Under the pieces are notes generated by a model that worked only from the letters and a program-made list of their open reading frames with translations, had not been told where the DNA came from and searched no databases. From a virus, in the IMG/VR virus record IMGVR_UViG_3300045988_103228, positions 1-64,000 of that record: a stretch of DNA of 64,000 bases, one strand, 5' to 3'. The first letter of the stretch is position 1. Every line of letters starts with the position of its first letter. The position numbers and the translations under genes are program-made. Shown here piece after piece: positions 56,493 through 64,000 of this stretch.

Positions 56493-56729
56493 TCAGTCCT
56501 CCCCAAAAATATGACGCTTGCTAAGGTCATCATAAATAATATCCTCAATTTTATTTTTGGTATTATCATCGAGTTCTCCGTAAGGAGCATCATCAAGATA
56601 ATAGAAGTAAATTTCATTTCCAAGGTTCTTGTACATGACACTTACATAAAACCCAGCTGAAATTCCATTCAGTAAAGCATATCCAATACCGTACACTTCT
56701 GAATAATTGTTATCCATTAAATCCCACAT
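56493..56729 (-). CDS. Hypothetical protein, MWDL-family tandem paralog
   Basis: 78 aa, N-terminal MWDLMDNNYSEVYGIGYALL. Confidence 0.5.
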   Translation of the reverse strand: MWDLMDNNYSEVYGIGYALLNGISAGFYVSVMYKNLGNEIYFYYLDDAPYGELDDNTKNKIEDIIYDDLSKRHIFGED

Positions 56730-56731
56730 AG

Positions 56732-56983
56732 TTAATCCTCTACAAAAATCCCTTTCTCTTTCAAATAGGCTTTTAAGATATTCTCACACGTTTTCTTTTC
56801 TAGCAGAGTGCTCATTTCTAATAGACAATAAAAGAACTCAATAGAATTTGTATCTTCATATATTTTGAACATAAGTGTTACACACCCAAGTTTATCAATA
56901 TCGTAAAATACAGCATATCCAATCTTGTTATCATCTGAATATTGACATTTAGCTAAAACCCACATTTTATCACTCCTCCGCAT
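56732..56983 (-). CDS. Hypothetical protein, MWDL-family tandem paralog (diverged)
   Basis: 83 aa, MWVLAKCQYSDDNKIGYAVFY shares the GYA core. Confidence 0.45.
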   Translation of the reverse strand: MRRSDKMWVLAKCQYSDDNKIGYAVFYDIDKLGCVTLMFKIYEDTNSIEFFYCLLEMSTLLEKKTCENILKAYLKEKGIFVED

Positions 56984-57167
56984 TCCTTACCGTAACATAA
57001 TCAATATCTATCGGATTCGGATTGTCAGGTTCGATTTCTCCGGCAATAAACCTATCTTTTGCAATCTCATAAGCATCATCTTTATTGTCTGCTTTAACAA
57101 ACGTTGTGTAAGTAACGCTTGTTTCAATAGTAACGTAATAGCCGTTCATTTTATACTCCTCCAACAT
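56970..57167 (-). CDS. Hypothetical protein
   Basis: 65-aa ORF. Confidence 0.35.
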   Translation of the reverse strand: MLEEYKMNGYYVTIETSVTYTTFVKADNKDDAYEIAKDRFIAGEIEPDNPNPIDIDYVTVRNAEE

Positions 57168-57387
57168 TCTTGAATCCGTAAAGGCTATAACCTTTACATT
57201 TAAAGTACCGCATCGCTTTGTTAATCTGGGAAGAACTTGCTGTCGAATGACTTTTTAGGTATGTATTCTTGTATTCGCACAGCTTCTTATACTCATCACT
57301 TTCACGATGGGCTTTCAGCTTTTCACAATGGTCGTGGCAACCAGGATAACGCTCCGGTGCTACACAATAACGGCAAGGGTCAGTCAT
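57151..57387 (-). CDS. Hypothetical Cys-rich protein
   Basis: 78 aa with CRYCVAPERYPGCHDHC. Confidence 0.4.
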   Translation of the reverse strand: MTDPCRYCVAPERYPGCHDHCEKLKAHRESDEYKKLCEYKNTYLKSHSTASSSQINKAMRYFKCKGYSLYGFKNVGGV

Positions 57388-57575
57388 ATTGCAAACTCCT
57401 TTTCTCTCGTAAACTTAATCACCAGCGCATTCACGTTGGCTGCTTCCATCGTGCTCGCTTTCGCATCTTCATGGTTTCCTGCTCTAAGGAACACAACAGA
57501 CTGGTCAATCAGTTTTCTGCGGTAGAAACTAAGTGCTGTGAGAATCACTTTCATATCTTTGTTGGTCATACTCAA
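57384..57575 (-). CDS. Hypothetical protein
   Basis: 63-aa ORF. Confidence 0.35.
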   Translation of the reverse strand: MSMTNKDMKVILTALSFYRRKLIDQSVVFLRAGNHEDAKASTMEAANVNALVIKFTREKEFAI

Positions 57576-57793
57576 ATCTCCTTATCGTATTCGTACCCAC
57601 CACCACAACGATTCTGAAGATACCAAAGAGCATCGTTTTGCGTTTCGTGACACGACACATGATAATTGAATCCGTAAGAATCATAGATAGCCAACTGATA
57701 TCCACGTTGCACTGGAGCACCGTAATAAGGATGCATCATAACTTCACTAATATAAGCCGTATTCTTCGATTCCTTGCTCTTATAAACTTTCAT
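57572..57793 (-). CDS. Hypothetical protein
   Basis: 73-aa ORF. Confidence 0.4.
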   Translation of the reverse strand: MKVYKSKESKNTAYISEVMMHPYYGAPVQRGYQLAIYDSYGFNYHVSCHETQNDALWYLQNRCGGGYEYDKEI

Positions 57794-57807
57794 AGTGTAA
57801 TCTCCTT

Positions 57808-58239
57808 TTACATCATTTCGTAATAGTTATTGTAATATTTGAAAGATTTATCTGTTCTTTTATCTTCGTTGCATACAATCTTTAACGGAACCCACTTCAA
57901 AACAGTTGGTTTTCTTCTGTACACTTCACGTAAAGATAAGGTTCTACAAACATCAATGCGATCAAAATACCATTGATTGTCTTGATAGCTGTAATAACAT
58001 GAAAGGTCAACATACGTTCCGTATTCTGTACCATCACTCATAAAAACAATACACGGAACGGAAAGATATTTTGATTCTCCTAAAATCCCAAAATCAAGTT
58101 TTGGTGGAAGTTCGCTTTCTGCATCATGAATATATTTCGTTGGAATCATAGAAAATTGTCTTTCTACTCTTTCGACGATATCCAAATAGTATGGATCGGA
58201 AAATAACGGACGATTCTTTTTATACTGTTCAAATGTCAT
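57808..58239 (-). CDS. Hypothetical protein
   Basis: 143-aa ORF. Confidence 0.45.
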   Translation of the reverse strand: MTFEQYKKNRPLFSDPYYLDIVERVERQFSMIPTKYIHDAESELPPKLDFGILGESKYLSVPCIVFMSDGTEYGTYVDLSCYYSYQDNQWYFDRIDVCRTLSLREVYRRKPTVLKWVPLKIVCNEDKRTDKSFKYYNNYYEMM

Positions 58240-58251
58240 AATGTAACCTCC

Positions 58252-58473
58252 TTAGTCATTGTAAAAGTCATTAAGAAATTCTAAACGACACTCTTGTTCT
58301 TCCTCCTCTAACAGATCATAATATCGGTCCAAATAATCCTGTTCGTAATCTCTGATTTCTTCTTCGAGTTTTTGCTTTTCTTCTTCGAGTCTTTGTTTTT
58401 CTTCAAAGAAAGCATCTATTCCTTCTTCGATAGGATTATCTCTTAATGGTTTCATTAGAATCTCCCTAGTCAT
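58252..58473 (-). CDS. Hypothetical acidic coiled-coil protein
   Basis: 73 aa, E-rich. Confidence 0.35.
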   Translation of the reverse strand: MTREILMKPLRDNPIEEGIDAFFEEKQRLEEEKQKLEEEIRDYEQDYLDRYYDLLEEEEQECRLEFLNDFYND

Positions 58474-58492
58474 TGTAAAAGCATGATTTTAG

Positions 58493-58699
58493 TTAATCCA
58501 TATCTTCAAACTCACAGTTCTCTTCATCTAACACGTCACTATCAGGAACCCATTCAAGACCTTCAGGAATAGGAACATCGGAAAGATGTTCTTTTGCATA
58601 TTTAATAGCTTCATCAATATCCATATTATCGGGGACATCAATAAAGCTATTGTAAACCGCCATACAGTTCACAGTTATATCCAATCTTTTCATAAACAA
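58493..58699 (-). CDS. Hypothetical acidic protein
   Basis: 68-aa ORF. Confidence 0.35.
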   Translation of the reverse strand: MFMKRLDITVNCMAVYNSFIDVPDNMDIDEAIKYAKEHLSDVPIPEGLEWVPDSDVLDEENCEFEDMD

Positions 58700-58715
58700 A
58701 CACTCCTTTTAATAT

Positions 58716-58973
58716 TTAGATATTCCAAGCATCACAAAGATCTTTAGGCTTATCATTCGGCATCCATACTTTTACGTTATCATTAAGGAAGTAACAGCAA
58801 CCAAAAAATCCCATAGGAGAATCACAAAGATTCTGTTCACCATCTTTAACACCAACTTGATAAACAACATAGATAAACTCAGCAAGTTCATGCTTGTCCA
58901 TTCGCTTGATGCGGTCGTACATTGTTTCCATATCAATCGCTCCTTTTCTTTTTATATTTTTATGCTTTTGCAT
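58716..58973 (-). CDS. Hypothetical protein
   Basis: 85-aa ORF. Confidence 0.4.
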   Translation of the reverse strand: MQKHKNIKRKGAIDMETMYDRIKRMDKHELAEFIYVVYQVGVKDGEQNLCDSPMGFFGCCYFLNDNVKVWMPNDKPKDLCDAWNI

Positions 58974-59025
58974 TGGTAGCGGTTATGTCTGCCCTAGTAC
59001 CGCTAATCACCTAGCATTTGTTCGT

Positions 59026-59265
59026 TCACACTACCCAGACCTGACTTCTTATGTAACTTTCAATGTCTGCCGGGTAACCATTGCGCCGGATATACTGACA
59101 CAGAACACGCTGCACATCTCTGTTGTCGCCATAATCCATAGCGATTGAAATATCTTCACCGTGAGTACCTACACCCAGACGCTCATAATCTCTGATATCG
59201 TTGTAAAATTCGTGAGCGTTGTAAGGATAGCCATTCCGGCGATCAAGAATTGAATCAATAATCAT
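59026..59265 (-). CDS. Hypothetical protein
   Basis: 79-aa ORF. Confidence 0.4.
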   Translation of the reverse strand: MIIDSILDRRNGYPYNAHEFYNDIRDYERLGVGTHGEDISIAMDYGDNRDVQRVLCQYIRRNGYPADIESYIRSQVWVV

Positions 59266-59296
59266 CTTTTCACCTCATTACAACAACAACTTATAA

Positions 59297-60019
59297 TCAC
59301 ACCCACGCAGGCTTGACAGGTGTGTCAGGCAGTGCAAACAGCCAGTCGATCACTTCCTGCGGAACTTCTTCTGTCTGCCATGCGTGGCCATACTGGTAGC
59401 CGCAGACCGGGCAGGGCTTGCCAAGGATGCCATCGGGGCAGAGCCAGCCGAGGGTCTTCGTTTCGGTCGCGCCGGTCATTCCGGGATAGAGCGATTTCTG
59501 CGGCTCATAGTACAGAGCTGCATCACCAGAGATTTCGTGCGGTAGGGTGATGCTGTACGGCAGTTTGGCAACCTTAATCTGGTCATCGCTAAGAGCTGCG
59601 GTCATGCCATCGCAGAGCATCTTCCACGAGCTTTTCTTCATGGATTCCTGCCGCCGGAGGGTTTTGCTGTTCAGCCGATAGTGGTACAGGGTGACAGGCG
59701 TGACGGCCAGCTTGTCCCAGCCAAGCTCCTTCTGGTGCTTGCAGTACGGACGCATATCGTTCAAATGCCACTCGTCCCAGATGGAGCAGAACTTGTCGAG
59801 CATTTCCTGCGTCCACTCATCGCAGGGGCGGCCTTCGCGGATTTCATCAACGCACTGGCCAGCACCGCCACGGCAGTTTCCGCTCGGCATAGGGCCGATA
59901 ACGCCGGTGATGCTGAGTCTGCCATTCTCAAAGCAGATTTCGCAGAACGCCCGCGCGGTAACTTCATTGCCGCTGCGGGTGTAGACCTTACAGAAACACG
60001 GACTGACGACCTTTTTCAT
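59297..60019 (-). CDS. Hypothetical Cys-rich protein encoded by a GC-rich (~60% GC) island; probable recent horizontal acquisition
   Basis: 240-aa ORF. Its base composition is visibly different from the ~38% GC flanks, and the GC richness spawns multiple overlapping artefact ORFs on the plus strand. Cys motifs SPCFC...CEIC and CPVCG. Confidence 0.55.
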   Translation of the reverse strand: MKKVVSPCFCKVYTRSGNEVTARAFCEICFENGRLSITGVIGPMPSGNCRGGAGQCVDEIREGRPCDEWTQEMLDKFCSIWDEWHLNDMRPYCKHQKELGWDKLAVTPVTLYHYRLNSKTLRRQESMKKSSWKMLCDGMTAALSDDQIKVAKLPYSITLPHEISGDAALYYEPQKSLYPGMTGATETKTLGWLCPDGILGKPCPVCGYQYGHAWQTEEVPQEVIDWLFALPDTPVKPAWV

Positions 60020-60027
60020 ATCATTCT

Positions 60028-60048
60028 CTCTCCTTTTGTATCCTATAT
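60028..60048 (+). repeat. Conserved intergenic 21-nt motif, copy 8 (variant CCTAT)
   Basis: gtatcctatattatgtagtta, directly upstream of the GC-rich gene's RBS. Confidence 0.6.
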
Positions 60049-60089
60049 TATGTAGTTATGTAGCAAAAATTTTGATGTATCGGCGTGTC

Positions 60090-60350
60090 TTAAACTCTTC
60101 CTGCTATCTCACACCAGTATGGGTCGTATTGAAAAGCGCAGTCATACATCACGCTTCCTGTAACCTGATCCACGAATTTGGGGCAGTGCCAATCCATTGT
60201 GTATTTGTTTTCATTACACCATTCAGAAATAATTTTTGTGGTCAAAGGTGTAACGTAAACATACAAATCACTATTATGGTGATCCATATCCTCTTTTGGA
60301 TAACCAGCATCCATCAAACGCTGCATCAAACTCTTACTCATACAAATCAC
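60090..60350 (-). CDS. Hypothetical protein
   Basis: 86-aa ORF. Confidence 0.4.
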   Translation of the reverse strand: MICMSKSLMQRLMDAGYPKEDMDHHNSDLYVYVTPLTTKIISEWCNENKYTMDWHCPKFVDQVTGSVMYDCAFQYDPYWCEIAGRV

Positions 60351-60676
60351 TCCTCACGAGAAACATCATTTTCAAAGTAATATAATTCCATGTCCGCAGC
60401 TACAGTGAAACGACACTGAACATCAAACACACGATTGAATTCAATTCCGGCACTGCCAAACTTCTTGTGATACCTCTTTGCTTCTTCCGTTGCAATCTGG
60501 AAATAATAATCAATTGCTTTTTCTTTGTCGTACTTCCCCGCCTTGTACTTCTTTTTCAGCTTGTCAATAAATGGGAAAATCATCTGACGATACAAATCGC
60601 CGTCATTGATGGTAGTGATATAGAGATCTTCACTTTCGTAAGTCTCACGATAAACCATAGATTTTGTGCGTTTCAT
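60347..60676 (-). CDS. Hypothetical protein
   Basis: 109-aa ORF. Confidence 0.45.
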   Translation of the reverse strand: MKRTKSMVYRETYESEDLYITTINDGDLYRQMIFPFIDKLKKKYKAGKYDKEKAIDYYFQIATEEAKRYHKKFGSAGIEFNRVFDVQCRFTVAADMELYYFENDVSREE

Positions 60677-60697
60677 GTTTGATTCTCCTTTTCTTTC

Positions 60698-60718
60698 GTA
60701 TCCTGTATTATATAGCTG
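60698..60718 (+). repeat. Conserved intergenic 21-nt motif, copy 9
   Basis: gtatcctgtattatatagctg. With copy 10 it forms a ~21-bp inverted repeat around a 39-nt loop. Confidence 0.7.
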
Positions 60719-60757
60719 AACGGTAAAAATAAAAGTCCTCTAACGGACTGCCTTTCT

Positions 60758-60778
60758 TAGCTACATAATACAGGATAC
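60758..60778 (-). repeat. Conserved intergenic 21-nt motif, copy 10 (inverted)
   Basis: tagctacataatacaggatac. Confidence 0.7.
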
Positions 60779-60793
60779 CTGCAAAAATGTCAA

Positions 60794-60833
60794 GCACTAA
60801 AATGTAGATTTTATTAACGTCAAATTTTAGTGC
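60794..60833. promoter_or_regulatory. Perfect 10-bp inverted repeat GCACTAAAAT-N20-ATTTTAGTGC (candidate operator or protein-binding palindrome)
   Basis: Read directly. Lies between gene 60876..61199 and the motif hairpin. Confidence 0.5.
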
Positions 60834-60875
60834 GTTGATACGTTGTTTATTCGTGACTGTTTTGTGAACGTCCGG

Positions 60876-61199
60876 TCAAGCCATACCAAACAGATTCTTG
60901 CCAGCAATACCCATATCTGCCGGGTAAAGGATGATTTCTTTGTTGTCGAAAAACTCTGCAATCAAGTCATCCTGACTGCTGATTTCATTGTAAACAGAAT
61001 CCATATCCATGCCGGAAAATTCTGCCGGATTGAAATCATCCGATTCATAGCACCCATGCAGGCACTGGTCAATGAATTCTGCCGTAGAAATCATTTCATG
61101 GCAAAAACCAGGAACGACATTTTCCAGACCGTTCCGACCAAAGACGGCAACAAAGATACCGCCTGCGTTGTTTTCATAAACTTCAACAGTAGCACGCAT
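60876..61199 (-). CDS. Hypothetical protein
   Basis: 107-aa ORF. Confidence 0.45.
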   Translation of the reverse strand: MRATVEVYENNAGGIFVAVFGRNGLENVVPGFCHEMISTAEFIDQCLHGCYESDDFNPAEFSGMDMDSVYNEISSQDDLIAEFFDNKEIILYPADMGIAGKNLFGMA

Positions 61200-61219
61200 T
61201 TTTGTATTCTCCTTTTCTT

Positions 61220-61360
61220 ATCAATGACCCCAACGGCATACCACAACGCCGTTGATCCAGATGGAAATGTTTGCACCCTGCCGATACCACTCGACAGCTT
61301 CCCGATGAATGTTGGTGATAACACCGGTCTCATCATTCATGAACCATTGACCTTTTTTCA
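61220..61360 (-). CDS. Hypothetical small protein (46 aa, hand-translated)
   Basis: MKKGQWFMNDETGVITNIHREAVEWYRQGANISIWINGVVVCRWGH, with RBS AAGGAGAA. Preferred over the overlapping track ORF 61091..61336. Confidence 0.3.
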
Positions 61361-61374
61361 TATTGTATTCTCCT

Positions 61375-61641
61375 TTACACTCTCATGCACTCATCAAGAT
61401 AAATTCGTTTACCGAAACACTTGACGTATGCTCTGCCAGACGGTGCATAGATGATCTTTAAATGGTGATAGCTATGATATTTTTCATCACTGTACAACAC
61501 ACCAGATACACCATAAATGTAATCGTCAATGCCGTATTCGATATCGCCGTGAATCTGAAATCCACCACATTTGCCGTAATGGCCATCATAAGCGGTTACA
61601 GGATGGTTTTTACAATACTCTTTTGCGTTCATAGTTTTCAC
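61375..61641 (-). CDS. Hypothetical protein
   Basis: 88-aa ORF. Confidence 0.4.
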   Translation of the reverse strand: MKTMNAKEYCKNHPVTAYDGHYGKCGGFQIHGDIEYGIDDYIYGVSGVLYSDEKYHSYHHLKIIYAPSGRAYVKCFGKRIYLDECMRV

Positions 61642-61670
61642 TCCTTAAAACATATCTTTTATGTAATAAA

Positions 61671-62576
61671 TCACTCTACGTTCTTAGCGATAGCCGGGAC
61701 TTTGATACCCATGCCTGCAATCTTTTCGAGGAATTTCATTCTGGTATCACGATTGCTTGCAATCATGTTGGTGTAAAGCTGATACATAGCAAGAAAACCC
61801 TGCTTGTTGCTCTTAGCAAACACCAGTTCCGACACGTTACGGAGCGTATCAGGACGGTTTGCCGACATGATAGGAACCAGAACATTCTCGATTCTATCCA
61901 TTTTGTTGAAGTCCTTATTATACAGCTCATGCAAGCTCTTGAGCGTGGTACGGCTGAAGCAGTTGTGCTGACCATACCACTCAGTGCGGACGATCAGACC
62001 GATAAGCCAATCAATTTCCGTGGGATTCTTAGCAGAAATCTCCATAGCCGTTCCGATACCGTTCACCTCTTTCATGTCGATACCGTACTTAGCAAGCGTA
62101 TTCACAAGGGTAATGCAATCCTTGTGCTCTGCGATAACACCGGCCTTGCACTTGTCGTGCATAGAAATTTTGGTCATATTATCATCCTGGGTTAAGAATG
62201 CTTCTGCTTCATCCTTCAGTTCGAGGTTTTGAAGAATCTGACAAGTGATAGTTTTCAGCCCTGCTTTCTGAGCGGCCACAAAACGTCCCTGACCATCGAG
62301 GACAAAGAAGAACTGCGTATCAGTACGGTAACTGACCAACACAGAATTTGCCTTGCTTGCGTCCCAACCTGCGGCCATCGCATTGATACGCGGCCACCGT
62401 GCGCCACCGATTTCACGCTGATAAGCCACATCAACACGGATGAGGTCAAGAGGAATCTCTGCGTACAAGCAATCGTTCAGGGTTACACCATTGCTTATAA
62501 CCTTCTGACAAGCAATCTGACGAGCAGAAATTGCGGCTGCGGTGGTAGCAACGGAAGCAGTAGTATTCTTTTTCAT
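61671..62576 (-). CDS. ParB-like nuclease domain (ParB/Srx) protein
   Basis: 301 aa. LDLIRVDVAYQREI...FVLDGQGRFVAAQKAGLKTITCQI matches the ParBc N-terminal domain. Confidence 0.55.
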   Translation of the reverse strand: MKKNTTASVATTAAAISARQIACQKVISNGVTLNDCLYAEIPLDLIRVDVAYQREIGGARWPRINAMAAGWDASKANSVLVSYRTDTQFFFVLDGQGRFVAAQKAGLKTITCQILQNLELKDEAEAFLTQDDNMTKISMHDKCKAGVIAEHKDCITLVNTLAKYGIDMKEVNGIGTAMEISAKNPTEIDWLIGLIVRTEWYGQHNCFSRTTLKSLHELYNKDFNKMDRIENVLVPIMSANRPDTLRNVSELVFAKSNKQGFLAMYQLYTNMIASNRDTRMKFLEKIAGMGIKVPAIAKNVE

Positions 62577-62632
62577 GGTTGATTCTCCTTTGATTATGTA
62601 AATATTTTTGAATTGACGGTCACAAAACGGGT

Positions 62633-62809
62633 TTACTTTACGATAATTTCCGCATCAGGATAGTACATTTTTGCACACTCCACGGCCTCTCCCGCATCTG
62701 CCACAATGAGGGTACAACACTTATTCGCATCCATGATATATGCGCTGTAGTTCTCGTAAGTGGTCATCTTCCACCCACCAAAGTGGTTAAAAACAACGAT
62801 CTTTTTCAT
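62633..62809 (-). CDS. Hypothetical protein
   Basis: Track ORF 62633..62890 trimmed to the internal start MKKIVVFNH. The upstream part overlaps a better small ORF. Confidence 0.35.
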   Translation of the reverse strand: MKKIVVFNHFGGWKMTTYENYSAYIMDANKCCTLIVADAGEAVECAKMYYPDAEIIVK

Positions 62810-62811
62810 TA

Positions 62812-62937
62812 GTTCAACCACCCTTTCCATTCTGCCACACCCATAGCGACAGCACCAACAACGAAAACCCACATCATGGGAGCAATACACCCAGCCTGAT
62901 ATGCCGAATAACCAAAGAACATCAACAAAGTTTTCAT
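62812..62937 (-). CDS. Putative 41-aa membrane peptide
   Basis: Hand-translated MKTLLMFFGYSAYQAGCIAPMMWVFVVGAVAMGVAEWKGWL. Confidence 0.25.
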
Positions 62938-62952
62938 TTCAATCTTCCTTTC

Positions 62953-63090
62953 TTATTCCATCCAGCTTTTCGCCGTACTGACATAATCAACACCAGCGTC
63001 TGCCAGGGCTTCCTGATAGATTTTCACAAGCTCTGTGTCACCAAACGTTATGGCAACATCAAGAGCCGATTCAATAGCCAAAATTGCCAT
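62953..63090 (-). CDS. Hypothetical small protein (45 aa, hand-translated)
   Basis: MAILAIESALDVAITFGDTELVKIYQEALADAGVDYVSTAKSWME with RBS GAGGAG. Confidence 0.3.
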   Translation of the reverse strand: MAILAIESALDVAITFGDTELVKIYQEALADAGVDYVSTAKSWME

Positions 63091-63235
63091 GGTAGAACTC
63101 CTCTTTTATGTGATTTCTGACGTGTTTTCATTTTGAATATTCTGTATAATATTTGCATAATTATACAATTTTGAGCATAAAGAAAACGCCTTGCGATAAA
63201 TTCACAAGACGTTTGTTGCTAGAGTTATGGGGTTC

Positions 63236-63559
63236 TTAGTTGGATTCTGACGGCTCTGCCTGAGAAACAATCAATTCACCATGAACGATTTTTTTCAAAA
63301 GCTGAGAAACATTATCGCATTCAAATTTTGCAAGAAAGTTATTTTCAAGCGTTTCGCCTTCTTGCAAAGTAAGAGTGCAAGTCTTTTTCCACTGATAAGA
63401 GGCGTTTTTTTTCTGCCGTTCACGCATTGCTGCAAGAATTTCTTCTTTGCTCATATTATCATATTTGCTAGGTCTGCCCATAATCGCACCACCTTTGTTT
63501 TTCATTGATGGTACAATTATAGCATGGTTCTGCCGTTCTGACAAGGGATTCATAGCCAT
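63236..63559 (-). CDS. HTH DNA-binding protein (GRPSKY motif; possible terminase small subunit or regulator)
   Basis: 107 aa. MGRPSKYDNMSKEEILAAMRE is an N-terminal HTH of the type seen in phage small terminase subunits. Confidence 0.35.
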   Translation of the reverse strand: MAMNPLSERQNHAIIVPSMKNKGGAIMGRPSKYDNMSKEEILAAMRERQKKNASYQWKKTCTLTLQEGETLENNFLAKFECDNVSQLLKKIVHGELIVSQAEPSESN

Positions 63560-63563
63560 ACTA

Positions 63564-63992
63564 TCACCTTGCCTTTTTGCCGGATTTCAAAGGCATTTGC
63601 GGATTCAAAGGACGCATATCACCACGAAATTTTCCTAATCCGCTGCCGTCCATGTATTCTGCCGTTCTATTCCGGCAACGTCTGACCGTTCCATTCATAT
63701 CAATGGATTCACCATAGATACGTTTAGAAAGATCGTTATATTCTGCCGTATAAAAATTAGGCTTTGCCCGCATTGCCTTTGTGTGCTTGCTAGGTTTATG
63801 CCCAGCTGAATCACGGTTTTTCTGTGCGGATCGAATTTCTTTCCATTCTTTGCGCTCTGATTTACGCTTGTTTTCACGTTCTACAATGCGCATTTCTGCC
63901 CTTTGTTCTGCCTTATGATTCCAGTATGTGAGCGTGATTTTTCCGTCATTTGCAAGGCTTTTCACGCTCTGAGAAATAGCAGATTCAAGCAT
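63564..63992 (-). CDS. Hypothetical basic protein
   Basis: 142-aa ORF, Lys/Arg-rich. Confidence 0.4.
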   Translation of the reverse strand: MLESAISQSVKSLANDGKITLTYWNHKAEQRAEMRIVERENKRKSERKEWKEIRSAQKNRDSAGHKPSKHTKAMRAKPNFYTAEYNDLSKRIYGESIDMNGTVRRCRNRTAEYMDGSGLGKFRGDMRPLNPQMPLKSGKKAR

Positions 63993-64000
63993 AGCCGAAT

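Noticed and set aside
59681-60055. Cluster of overlapping plus-strand and alternative-frame ORFs (59320..59550, 59681..60055, 59691..59984, 59761..59967, 59589..59816)
   Set aside because: Caused by the high GC content of the 59297..60019 gene. Only the long minus-strand frame is coherent.
20460-60778. CRISPR array as the explanation for the recurrent 21-nt motif
   Set aside because: Copies are tens of kb apart, irregularly spaced, in both orientations and always intergenic between genes. This is not a repeat-spacer array.
61091-61336. 81-aa minus-strand ORF
   Set aside because: It overlaps 60876..61199 in another frame and has an implausible hydrophobic composition. A 46-aa ORF with an RBS (61220..61360) fits the intergenic gap better.
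63133-63160. Extended -10-like TGTATAAT on both strands near 63145
   Set aside because: Plausible as a promoter for the leftward transcript, but AT-rich phage DNA contains many such matches. Not reported as a feature without -35 or TSS support.

Overview
AT-rich (~38-40% GC) 64-kb segment that reads as the early, replication and accessory half of a large temperate tailed phage or prophage from a Firmicutes-type (probably spore-forming) host. Essentially every credible gene is on the minus strand, transcribed right to left. Nearly all plus-strand ORFs in the six-frame track are antisense artefacts. No capsid, tail or large-terminase genes are present. From left to right the window holds the following.
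- Left end: tyrosine integrase and Xis-like HTH protein, with direct repeats beside them (probable att/arm region).
- Nucleotide-metabolism module: FolD, dUTPase, NrdG, NrdD, ThyX, a DUF3310 protein, a P-loop kinase.
- Three orphan DNA methyltransferases: one N6/N4 type, one NPPF-type N6-adenine, one C5-cytosine.
- Two SPFH/flotillin-family membrane proteins (a FloT-like and a prohibitin-like one) flanking nrdD.
- Replication module: ATP-dependent DNA ligase, RecD-like helicase, DnaE-type Pol III alpha, PP-lambda-like phosphatase, HAD-like protein, RecJ-like DHH exonuclease, TOPRIM primase, DnaB-like helicase, AAA_24/Sak4-like ATPase, SSB-like protein.
- A cluster of 8 minus-strand tRNAs (one degenerate, several with non-canonical features), bracketed by an HNH homing endonuclease and a three-domain Pnkp-like polynucleotide kinase-phosphatase-ligase (RNA repair).
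- A MazF/PemK-like endoribonuclease with no visible antitoxin, a SleB-like cell-wall hydrolase, a CX5R dual-specificity phosphatase.
- A second tyrosine integrase in the middle of the window, followed by a Bro-N-type antirepressor.
- A long run of small ORFs that includes two tandem paralog arrays, one copy carrying an in-frame amber stop.
- A conspicuously GC-rich foreign gene, and a ParB-like protein near the right end.
A conserved ~21-nt motif (GTATCCTGTGTCAYTTAGCTA-like) recurs 10 times in intergenic regions, twice as inverted pairs that form long hairpins. All function calls come from motifs recognised by eye in the translations; no database search was possible.
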